Source: Promethearchaeota archaeon (GTDB lineage: Archaea; Asgardarchaeota; Lokiarchaeia; Sigyniarchaeales; SOKP01). From it: 64,000 bases of DNA. The translations under genes and the position numbers were made by a program. Below, piece by piece: positions 42,721 to 51,763 of the stretch. The notes beneath the pieces are model-generated. The model worked only from the letters and a program-made list of their open reading frames with translations. It was not told where the DNA came from and ran no database searches. The DNA lies in NCBI GenBank assembly GCA_004524535.1, contig SDNY01000001.1, positions 46,354 to 110,353 on the forward strand. The letters are read 5' to 3'. The stretch's first letter is position 1. Each line of letters opens with the position of its first letter.

Positions 42721-44064
42721 CTAGCCATCTTCCGTTTTTCTTTCAACAATATAAAAATCTTTGTCTAAATGTAGTTTTAACAAACAAATTCCCAGTAATA
42801 CAGTAAAAATTAGGTAACCAGCACTCCCACCAAACAAATTAGGATAAAGTGGATTTTCTATAGGATAAAATAGATTTTCTACATTCACTGATAAATAAAT
42901 ACCCAAAACGGAAATTAATCCAATCAATATGTATTTATTTTTTTTAAAAAAATCTCTTCCTATTTCATCTTGATGGAAGAAAGGAATAAAAAGTAAAAGA
43001 GTTAGGGGAAATAAAATTATAAGAACTCTATGAGCTAAGTGATTTAATAATATAAAAGAAAATGCAAAATAGCTGAATTTTTCTTGTATCTTCAATTTTT
43101 TAGTGATTAATAAGAATCCTATGATTTCGTACATAATAATGAGGAATATAAGGGTAAGTATAAATTTAGCTCCGTTTGGAATTATAAAAATATCATATAT
43201 AAACATAAAATAATAAAGCGCTAATCTAAATTGCAAATTTTGAAAATATCTAATAATTTTAAAATAATCAAAAATAAGTCCTGGATAAATAATAAATAAA
43301 AAATTTTGAGCTAAAAAAATTACTGCGACTAATCCATAGGTTTTAAGATTTTCTTTCTCAAATAATTCGCTAAAAGGGATATCGTGGAATATAAAGATTA
43401 ATAACAAAAAAAGAAAAAAAGGGATCATCCCCACAATCATAACAAAAAGGAAATACGTAATAAATTTATATTTGAAATCTTTCTCTTTTTCTTCTTTGTT
43501 GTATTGAATTTCTCTTCTAAGAATAAATAATAATAGTGCACCTACGAAGAATTTTGATTGATTTAAACCAAATTGTAGAAATATAAGATAACCATTTGAA
43601 ATTACCATGAGGAACAAAAATCTATGAATTTTTTCCTTAATCTCTAATAATTTTAAGATTTTATTGAATTCTAATACGAATAAAACCGCAAAAATATAAT
43701 GTAAAATATACCAGATAAAGTAAGCTACAACATAAGGCAATAATGAAATGGATATTGCCCAAAGCATAAGAAAAAATGGTAAACTTGTCATTCCCATCCA
43801 ATAACCATGATCCTCTTTATAAAATCTATTTGGGTCAATTAAAAGCTGTCTCCCAGAGTAATAGTAAATCCCAAAATCAAAATAAAGAAATTTTGGGTTA
43901 AAAGATAGTATAATTAACCAATGTATCGCCCATAACCCAATAGAAATCAAGGGAATAATAATATAAAGGATTTCGTTATTTTTCTTTTTTCTAAGGTATA
44001 AAAACAAGCATATGAGGAAAAATATTAGCGATAGCCATAAAATTGATAAATAAATAAATAGCAC
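42721..44064 (-). CDS. GT87-like glycosyltransferase, copy 3 (GTG start)
   Basis: FDFGIYYYSG, SLPFF, FGLNQSK. Confidence 0.7.
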   Translation of the reverse strand: MLFIYLSILWLSLIFFLICLFLYLRKKKNNEILYIIIPLISIGLWAIHWLIILSFNPKFLYFDFGIYYYSGRQLLIDPNRFYKEDHGYWMGMTSLPFFLMLWAISISLLPYVVAYFIWYILHYIFAVLFVLEFNKILKLLEIKEKIHRFLFLMVISNGYLIFLQFGLNQSKFFVGALLLFILRREIQYNKEEKEKDFKYKFITYFLFVMIVGMIPFFLFLLLIFIFHDIPFSELFEKENLKTYGLVAVIFLAQNFLFIIYPGLIFDYFKIIRYFQNLQFRLALYYFMFIYDIFIIPNGAKFILTLIFLIIMYEIIGFLLITKKLKIQEKFSYFAFSFILLNHLAHRVLIILFPLTLLLFIPFFHQDEIGRDFFKKNKYILIGLISVLGIYLSVNVENLFYPIENPLYPNLFGGSAGYLIFTVLLGICLLKLHLDKDFYIVERKTEDG

Positions 44065-44238
44065 GGCTTACTATCACTTTCTTGTTTCAGTATTTAATGA
44101 TAAAATTAATTATTCTTTAAAAATATTGATATGAAAGGTTATACTTAATTCAATTGAAGCATAATATATTTCTAGTTTAATTCTTTTCAGAATCACTAGC
44201 AATCCCCCGCTTTTCTCTTAATTTCTTTATAGGTCTAC

Positions 44239-45567
44239 TTAGAGTTCCTGTTTTCTTTCAACAATATAAAAATCTTTGTCTAAATACAGTTTTAACAAAC
44301 AAATTCCAAGTAATATAGTAAAAATTAACCAACCAGCACTCCCACCAAACAAATTAGGATAATGTGGATTAAATCCTAATACTCCTTCCCATGTAAAATA
44401 AATGCCTGAAACGGAAATTAATCCCATCAGTACGTATTTATTTTTTTTTATAAAATCTTTTCCTCTTACCTCTTGATAAAAGAAAGGAATAAAAAGTAAA
44501 AGAGTTAGGGGTAATAAAATTATTAGGATTCTATAAGCTAGGTAACTTAAAAATATGAAAGAAATGGCATAATAACTGAATTTTTCTTGTATATTCAATT
44601 TTTTAGTTATTAATAAGAAACCTATGATTACGTACATAAAAATGAGGAATATAAAGGATACTATAATTTTAGCTAGTATTGGAATAATAAAAATCCTATT
44701 TAAGATAATTAAATAATAATTCTCTAAAAAAAGACTAAAAATATGCCATTTTTGAGAAATTAGAAAAAAATCAAAAATAAGTCTTGGATAAATAATAAAC
44801 AAAAAATTTTGAGCTAGAAAAATTGATCCTACTAATCCATAGGTTTTAAGATTTTCTTTCTCAAATAATTCGCCAAAAGGGATATCGTGAAAGATAAAAA
44901 TTAATAACAAAAAAAGAAAAAAAGGGATCATCCCAACAATCATACAAAAAAGAAAATAAGTAATAAATTTATATTTGAAATCTTTCACTCTTTCTTCTTT
45001 TTTGTATTGAATTTCTCTTCTAAGGATAAAAAATAATAGTGTCCCTACGATGAATTTTGATTGATTGCTAAAAAATTGAAGATATATGAGATAACCATTT
45101 GAAGTTACCATGAGAAACAAAAATCTATGAATTTTTTCTTTAATCCCTAATAATTTTAAGATTTTATTGAATTCTAATACGAGTAAAACCGCAAAAATAT
45201 AATTTAAACCATACCAGATAAAGTAAGATATCCTATAAGGCAATAATGAGAGCGATGTTGCCCAAAACATAGGAAAAAATGGTAAATATATCATTCCTGT
45301 CGAGTCACCATTTTTTTCTATGTACAATCTATTAGGGTCAATTAAAAGCTGTCTACCTGAGTAATAATAAATAGAAAAATCTATATAAGCATTTAATGGG
45401 AAAAAATATGCTACAATTAAACTATGTATCGCCCATATGCCAATACAAATCAAGGGGATAATAATATAAAGGATTTCGTTATTTTTCTTTTTTCTAAGAT
45501 ATAAAAACAAGCATATAAGGAAAAGTATTAACGATAGCCATATAATTGATAAAAACCGAAATAGCAA
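44239..45567 (-). CDS. GT87-like glycosyltransferase, copy 4
   Basis: IDFSIYYYSG, YLPFF, FSNQSK. Confidence 0.7.
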   Translation of the reverse strand: MLFRFLSIIWLSLILFLICLFLYLRKKKNNEILYIIIPLICIGIWAIHSLIVAYFFPLNAYIDFSIYYYSGRQLLIDPNRLYIEKNGDSTGMIYLPFFPMFWATSLSLLPYRISYFIWYGLNYIFAVLLVLEFNKILKLLGIKEKIHRFLFLMVTSNGYLIYLQFFSNQSKFIVGTLLFFILRREIQYKKEERVKDFKYKFITYFLFCMIVGMIPFFLFLLLIFIFHDIPFGELFEKENLKTYGLVGSIFLAQNFLFIIYPRLIFDFFLISQKWHIFSLFLENYYLIILNRIFIIPILAKIIVSFIFLIFMYVIIGFLLITKKLNIQEKFSYYAISFIFLSYLAYRILIILLPLTLLLFIPFFYQEVRGKDFIKKNKYVLMGLISVSGIYFTWEGVLGFNPHYPNLFGGSAGWLIFTILLGICLLKLYLDKDFYIVERKQEL

Positions 45568-45699
45568 GGCTCTATCTCACTTTCTTTATTTCACTATTTA
45601 ATGATAAAATTAACCTTTCTTTAAAAATATTGATATAAAAGGCTATAATTAATTCATTTGAATCTTAATATATTTCTAGATTAATTTTCTTCAGAATTA

Positions 45700-47061
45700 C
45701 TAGCAATCTTCCGTTTTTCTTTCAACAATATGAAAATCTTTATCTAAATGTAGTTTTAATAAACAAATTCCAAGTAATATAGTAAAAATTAACCAACCAG
45801 CACTCCCACCAAACAAATTAGGATAATATGAATATGGATTTAATATATTTAATCTTGTCTCACTGGTTAAATTAATGTCATATGTTAAATAAATGCCTAA
45901 AACAGAAATTAATCCAATCAGTACGTATTTATTTTTTTTAATAAAATTTCTCCCTATTTCATCTTGATGGAAGAAAGGAATAAAAAGTAAAAGAGTTAAG
46001 GGGATTAGAACTATCAAAGTTTTAAAAGCTATGCTATTTAAAAATATGAAAGAAATTGCAAAATAGCTGAATTTTTCGTGTATCTTCAATTTTTTAGTTA
46101 TTAATAAGAATCCTATGATTTCGTACAGAATAATGAGAAATATAACGGAGACTATAACTTTAACTGCGATTGGAATAATAAAAATCTCATGTATAAAAGT
46201 TAAATAATAAAACGCTAAGCTAATTTGGTAAATTTGATAATATCTAAAAATTATGAAATAATAATCAAAAATAAGTCTTGGATAAATAATAAATAAAAAA
46301 TTTTGAGATAGAAAAATTACTGCGACTAATCCATAGGTTTTAAGATTTTCTTTCTCAAATAATTCGCTAAAAGGGATATCGTGAAAGATAGAGATTAATA
46401 AAAAAAAAATAAAATAAGGGACCATCCCAATAATCATACCAAAAAGAAAATAAGTAATAAATTTATATTTGAAATCTTTCTCTTTTTCTTCTTTGTTGTA
46501 TTGAATTTCTCTTCTAAGGATAAATAATAATAGTGCACATACGAAGAATTTTGATTGATTTAAAGCAAATTGCATAATTATGAGAAATCCATTTGAAATT
46601 ACTATGAGAAACAAAAATCTATTAATTTTTTCTTTCACACCTAATAATTTTAAGATTTTATTGAATTCTAATACGAGTAAAGCTGCAAAAATATAATTTA
46701 CCCCATACCAGATAAAATAAGCTATGTGATAAGGGAATAATGAAATGGATATTGCCCAAAGCATACCAAAAAATGGTAAACATGGGATTGAGTCCCAGTA
46801 ATAAGGATGTTCTCTGTAAAATTTATTAGGGTCAATTAAAAGCTGTCTACTAGGGTAATAGTAAATCCCAAAATCAGAATAAAAAAATCTTGGGTTAAAG
46901 TATAGTATAATTAACCAATGTATCGCCCAGAGACCAATACAAATCAACGGAATAATTATATAAAGTATTTCATTATTTTTCTTTTTTCTAAGGTATAAAA
47001 ACAAGCATATAAGGAAAAATATTAATGAAAACCATATAATTGATAAAAAAAGAAATAGCAA
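45700..47061 (-). CDS. GT87-like glycosyltransferase, copy 5
   Basis: SDFGIYYYPS, CLPFF, FALNQSK. Confidence 0.7.
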   Translation of the reverse strand: MLFLFLSIIWFSLIFFLICLFLYLRKKKNNEILYIIIPLICIGLWAIHWLIILYFNPRFFYSDFGIYYYPSRQLLIDPNKFYREHPYYWDSIPCLPFFGMLWAISISLFPYHIAYFIWYGVNYIFAALLVLEFNKILKLLGVKEKINRFLFLIVISNGFLIIMQFALNQSKFFVCALLLFILRREIQYNKEEKEKDFKYKFITYFLFGMIIGMVPYFIFFLLISIFHDIPFSELFEKENLKTYGLVAVIFLSQNFLFIIYPRLIFDYYFIIFRYYQIYQISLAFYYLTFIHEIFIIPIAVKVIVSVIFLIILYEIIGFLLITKKLKIHEKFSYFAISFIFLNSIAFKTLIVLIPLTLLLFIPFFHQDEIGRNFIKKNKYVLIGLISVLGIYLTYDINLTSETRLNILNPYSYYPNLFGGSAGWLIFTILLGICLLKLHLDKDFHIVERKTEDC

Positions 47062-47196
47062 GGCTCAATCTCACTTTCTTTATTTCACTATTTAATGATA
47101 AAATTAATCTTTCTTTAAAAATATTGATATGAAAGGCTATACTTAATTCAATTGAAGCTTAATATATTTCTAGTTTAATTCTCTTCAGAATCATTA

Positions 47197-48525
47197 TCAA
47201 TCTTCCGTTTTTCTTTCAACAATATAAAAATCTTTGTCTAAATGTAGTTTTAATAAGCAAATTCCAAGTAAAACAGTAAAAATTAACCAACCAGCATTCC
47301 CACCAAACAAATTAGGATAATGTAGATTTATTGGTACTATTCCATCCCATGTTAAATAAATACCTAAAACGGAAATTAATCCAATCAATATATATTTATT
47401 TTTTTTAATAAAATCTATTTCTATTTCATCTTGATGGAAGAAAGGAATAAAAAGTAAAAGGATTAGGGGTAATAAAATTATTAAAATTTTAAAAGCTAAA
47501 TAATTTAAAAAGATGAAAGAAAGTGCAAAATAACTGAATTTTTCGTGTATCTTCAATTTTTTAGTTATTAATAAGAATCCTATGATTACGTACATTAAAA
47601 TGAGGAATATAAGGGAGACTATAATTCTAGCTATAATTGGAATAAAAAAAATCTTATTTATAAAAATTAAATAATAATGTGGTAAAAAAAACTGTAAATT
47701 ATGAAAATATTGAGAAATTAGAAAAAAATCAAAAATAAGTCCTGGATATATAAAAAATAAAAAATTTTGAGCTAGAAAAATTAATAACACTAATCCATAG
47801 GTTTTAAGATTTTCTTTCTCAAATAATTTGCCAAAAGGGATATCGTGAAAGATAAAGATTAATAATAAAAAAAGAAAATAAGGAATCATTCCCACAATCA
47901 TAACAAAAAGAAAATAAGTAATAAATTTATATTTGAAATCTTTCTCTTTTTCTTCTTTTTTGTATTGAATTTCTCTTCTAAGGATAAAAAATAATATTGC
48001 CCCTACGAAGAATTTTGATTGACTAAAAAAAAATTGAAAAAATATGAGAAATCCATTTGAAATTACTATGAGAAATAAAAATCTATGAATTTTTTCTTTT
48101 ACACCTAATAATTTTAAGATTTTATTGAATTCTAATATGAATAAAACCGCAAAAATATAATTTAAGATATACCAGATAAAGTAAGAGATATAATAAGGCA
48201 ATAATGAGAGCGATATTGCCCAAAGCATAAGGAAAAATGGTAAATATGCTATTGTAACAAATAAGCTACTTCTTTTTTTGTATAATCTATTGGGGTCAAT
48301 TAATAGCTGTCTACCAGAGTAATAATATATATCAAAATCATAATAAGAAATTTGTGGATTATGGTATACAATAATTAAGCTATGTATTGCCCAAATGCCA
48401 ATACAAATCAATGGAATAATAATATAAAGGATTTCAATATTCTTCTTTTTTCTAAAGTATAAAAACAAGTATATAAGGAATAATATTAACGATAGCCATA
48501 TAATTGATAAATTACGAGGTATCAA
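47197..48525 (-). CDS. GT87-like glycosyltransferase, copy 6
   Basis: YDFDIYYYSG, YLPFF, FFSQSK. Confidence 0.7.
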   Translation of the reverse strand: MIPRNLSIIWLSLILFLIYLFLYFRKKKNIEILYIIIPLICIGIWAIHSLIIVYHNPQISYYDFDIYYYSGRQLLIDPNRLYKKRSSLFVTIAYLPFFLMLWAISLSLLPYYISYFIWYILNYIFAVLFILEFNKILKLLGVKEKIHRFLFLIVISNGFLIFFQFFFSQSKFFVGAILFFILRREIQYKKEEKEKDFKYKFITYFLFVMIVGMIPYFLFLLLIFIFHDIPFGKLFEKENLKTYGLVLLIFLAQNFLFFIYPGLIFDFFLISQYFHNLQFFLPHYYLIFINKIFFIPIIARIIVSLIFLILMYVIIGFLLITKKLKIHEKFSYFALSFIFLNYLAFKILIILLPLILLLFIPFFHQDEIEIDFIKKNKYILIGLISVLGIYLTWDGIVPINLHYPNLFGGNAGWLIFTVLLGICLLKLHLDKDFYIVERKTED

Positions 48526-48659
48526 ATTTCACTTTCACTTTTTCTGTTTCACTATTTAATTATAAAATTAATCTTTCTTTAAAAATATTAATATGAAAGG
48601 CTATAATTAATTCAATTGAAGCTTAATATATTTATAATTTAATTCTCTTCAGAATCACA

Positions 48660-49982
48660 TTAATCTTCCGTTTTTCTTTCAACAATATAAAAATCTTTGT
48701 CTAAATGTAGTTTTAATAAACAAAATCCAAGTAATAAAGTGAAAAATAGATAACCAGCAGTCCCAAAAAACAAATTAGGATAAAAGGTGTTTTGTTTTTC
48801 TATTGTTAAATAAATTCCCAAAACGGAAAGTAATCCAATCAGTACGTATTTGTTATTATTAATAAAATCTCTTCCAATTGCATCTTGATGGAAGTAAGGA
48901 ATAAAAAGTAAAAGAATTAAGGGGAATAGAATTATTATAGTTTTATAAGCTAAGGTATTCGTTAATAAGAAAGAAAGTGCAAAATAGCTGAATTTTTCGT
49001 GGATCTTCAATTTTTTAGTAATTAATAAGAATGCTATAATTACGTACATAAGAATTATGAGTATAAAGGAGATTATAAATTTAGTTTCGAGTGGAATATA
49101 AAAAATCTTTTTAATGAAAACTAAATAATAACACAATGATTTTAATTGTATAGATTGAAAATATCTAAAAACTATGAAATAATAATCAAAAATAAGTCTT
49201 GGATAAATAATAAGTAAAAAATTTTGAGATAGAAAAATAACTGCGACTAATCCATAGGTTTTTAGATTTTCTTTCTCAAATAATTTGCCAAAAGGGATAT
49301 CGTGAAAGATAAAGATTAATAATAAAAAAAGAAAATAAGGAATCATTCCCACAATCATAGCAAAAAGAAAATAAGTAATAAATTTATATTTGAAATCTTT
49401 CTCTTTTTCTTCTTTTTTGTATTGAATTTCTCTTCTAAGGATAAAAAATAATATGACTCCTACGAAGAATTTTGATTGATTTAATGCAAATTGATGAATT
49501 ATAAGCCATCCATTTGAAATTACCATGAGAAACAAAAATCTATGAATTTTTTCTTTAAGTCCTAATAATTTTAAGATTTTATTGAATTCTAATATGAATA
49601 AAATCGCAAAAATATAATGTAAACCATACCAAACAAAATAGGATATATTATAAGGTAATAATGAAATGGATATTGCCCAAAGCATACAAAAAAATGGTAA
49701 AGATGTTATTCCAATCCAAGAACCATAATTTTCTCTGTAAAATCTATTTGGGTCAATTAAAAGCTGTCTCCCTGAGTAATAATAAACACCAAAATCCCAA
49801 AAAGGAAGTTTCTGGCGAATGTATATTACAATTAACCAATGTATCGCCCAGATGGCAATACATATTATTGGGATAATAATATAAAGGATTTCATTATTTT
49901 TCTTTTTTCTAAGGTATAAAAACAAGCAAATAAGGAAAAATATTAACGATAGCCATATAAATAATAAAAATCGTAATATCAA
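48660..49982 (-). CDS. GT87-like glycosyltransferase, copy 7
   Basis: WDFGVYYYSG, SLPFF, FALNQSK. Confidence 0.7.
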   Translation of the reverse strand: MILRFLLFIWLSLIFFLICLFLYLRKKKNNEILYIIIPIICIAIWAIHWLIVIYIRQKLPFWDFGVYYYSGRQLLIDPNRFYRENYGSWIGITSLPFFCMLWAISISLLPYNISYFVWYGLHYIFAILFILEFNKILKLLGLKEKIHRFLFLMVISNGWLIIHQFALNQSKFFVGVILFFILRREIQYKKEEKEKDFKYKFITYFLFAMIVGMIPYFLFLLLIFIFHDIPFGKLFEKENLKTYGLVAVIFLSQNFLLIIYPRLIFDYYFIVFRYFQSIQLKSLCYYLVFIKKIFYIPLETKFIISFILIILMYVIIAFLLITKKLKIHEKFSYFALSFLLTNTLAYKTIIILFPLILLLFIPYFHQDAIGRDFINNNKYVLIGLLSVLGIYLTIEKQNTFYPNLFFGTAGYLFFTLLLGFCLLKLHLDKDFYIVERKTED

Positions 49983-50071
49983 GGCTCGCTCTTACTATTT
50001 TTATTTCAATATTTAATGATAAAATTAATTATTCTTTAAAAATATTGATATGAAAGGCTATAATTAATTCT

Positions 50072-50275
50072 CTACATAAGTATGGATATGATGTATCAGA
50101 CGATGAGATAGAGGCTGTATAAAGGATCATTAAAAATGATGTTTTAATGGGTTACAAGACAATCTCCTTTTGGGCGATTGATCCAAGCGAATATAATGAT
50201 TTAATTGAAAATTTGAAATAATTCTCAGAATAATTATCCGGTACAGATAAGGAATCTAGAAATTCTACCTTATAA
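50072..50275 (+). pseudogene. Decayed 3' fragment of a convergent gene inside the array
   Basis: One frame reads LHKYGYDVSDDEIEAV*RIIKNDVLMGYKTISFWAIDPSEYNDLIENLK*FSE*LSG; protein-like with in-frame stops. Confidence 0.5.
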
Positions 50276-50281
50276 AAAAAA

Positions 50282-51595
50282 TTAACTTTTTGTTTCAACA
50301 ATATAAAAATCTTTGTCTAAATGTAGTTTTAACAAGCAAATTCCAAGTAATAAAGTGAAAATTAGGTAACCAGCAGTCCCAAAAAACAAATTAGGATAAA
50401 ATGGATTTTCTACTCCCTCTGTTAAATAAATACATAAAACGGAAAGTAATCCAATCAGTACGTATTTATTATTTTTAATAAAATCTTTTCCGATTTCATC
50501 TTGGTGCAAGAAAGGAATAAAAATTAAAAGAATTAAGGGGAATAGAATTATTAAAGTTTTTTCAGCTAAGGTATTCGTTAATAAGAAAGAAAGCGCAAAA
50601 TAGCTGAATTTTTCGTGTATCTTAAATTTTTTAGTTATTAATAAGAATGCTATGATTACGTACATGAAAATGAGGCGTATAAAGGAGAGTATAAATTTAG
50701 CTCTGGGCGGAATAAAAAAAATCTTTTTAATGAAAACTAAATAATAACCCAATGAGTATAATTGTACCCCTTGAAAATATCTAAAAACATGGTAATAATC
50801 AAAAATAAGTCCAGGATAAATAAAAAACAAAAAATTTTGAGCTAGAAAAATTATTATCACTAATCCATAGGTTTTAAGATTTTCTTTCTCAAATAATTCT
50901 CCAAGAGGGATATCGTGAAATATAAAGATTAATAACAAAAAAAGAAAAAAAGGGATCATCCCCACAATCATAACAAAAAGAAAATAAGTAATAAATTTAT
51001 ATTTGAAATCTTTCTCTTTTTCTTCTTTTTTGTATTGAATTTCTCTTCTAAGGATAAATAATAATAGTGCTCCTACGAAGAATTTTGATTGATTTAAAGC
51101 AAATTGTAGAAATATAAGATAACCATTTGATATTACCATGAGGAACAAAAATCTATGAATTTTTTCTTTAACACCTAATAATTTTAAGATTTTATTAAAT
51201 TCCAATATGAATAAGACTGCACAAATATAATGAAAACCATACCAAACAAAGTAAGCTATATTATAAGGTAATAATGAAATCGATATTGCCCATAGCATAC
51301 AAAAAAATGGTAAAGATGTTATTCCAACCCAAAAACCATAATCTTCTTTGTAAAATCTATTTGGGTCAATTAAAAGCTGTCTACCTGAGTAATAATAAAC
51401 ACCAAAATCCCAAAAAGGAATATTCTGACGAATATATATTATAATTAAACTATGTAGTGCCCAGATGCCAATACATATCATTGGGATAATAATATAAAGA
51501 ATCTCATTATTCTTCTTTTTTCTAAGGTATAAAAACAAGCATATAAGAAAGAATATTAACGATAGCCATATAATTGGTAAAATATAATGAAGCAA
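50282..51595 (-). CDS. GT87-like glycosyltransferase, copy 8 (ends VETKS)
   Basis: WDFGVYYYSG, SLPFF, FALNQSK. Confidence 0.7.
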   Translation of the reverse strand: MLHYILPIIWLSLIFFLICLFLYLRKKKNNEILYIIIPMICIGIWALHSLIIIYIRQNIPFWDFGVYYYSGRQLLIDPNRFYKEDYGFWVGITSLPFFCMLWAISISLLPYNIAYFVWYGFHYICAVLFILEFNKILKLLGVKEKIHRFLFLMVISNGYLIFLQFALNQSKFFVGALLLFILRREIQYKKEEKEKDFKYKFITYFLFVMIVGMIPFFLFLLLIFIFHDIPLGELFEKENLKTYGLVIIIFLAQNFLFFIYPGLIFDYYHVFRYFQGVQLYSLGYYLVFIKKIFFIPPRAKFILSFIRLIFMYVIIAFLLITKKFKIHEKFSYFALSFLLTNTLAEKTLIILFPLILLIFIPFLHQDEIGKDFIKNNKYVLIGLLSVLCIYLTEGVENPFYPNLFFGTAGYLIFTLLLGICLLKLHLDKDFYIVETKS

Positions 51596-51763
51596 GGCTC
51601 ACTCTTACTTTTTTGTTTCACTATTTAATGATAAAATTAATGATTCTTTAAAAATATTAATATGAAAGGCTATAATTAATTAAATTGAAGCTTAATATAT
51701 TTCTAGTTTAATTCTCTTCAAAATCACTAGCAATCCCCTGTTTTTCTTTTAATTTCTTGCTAA

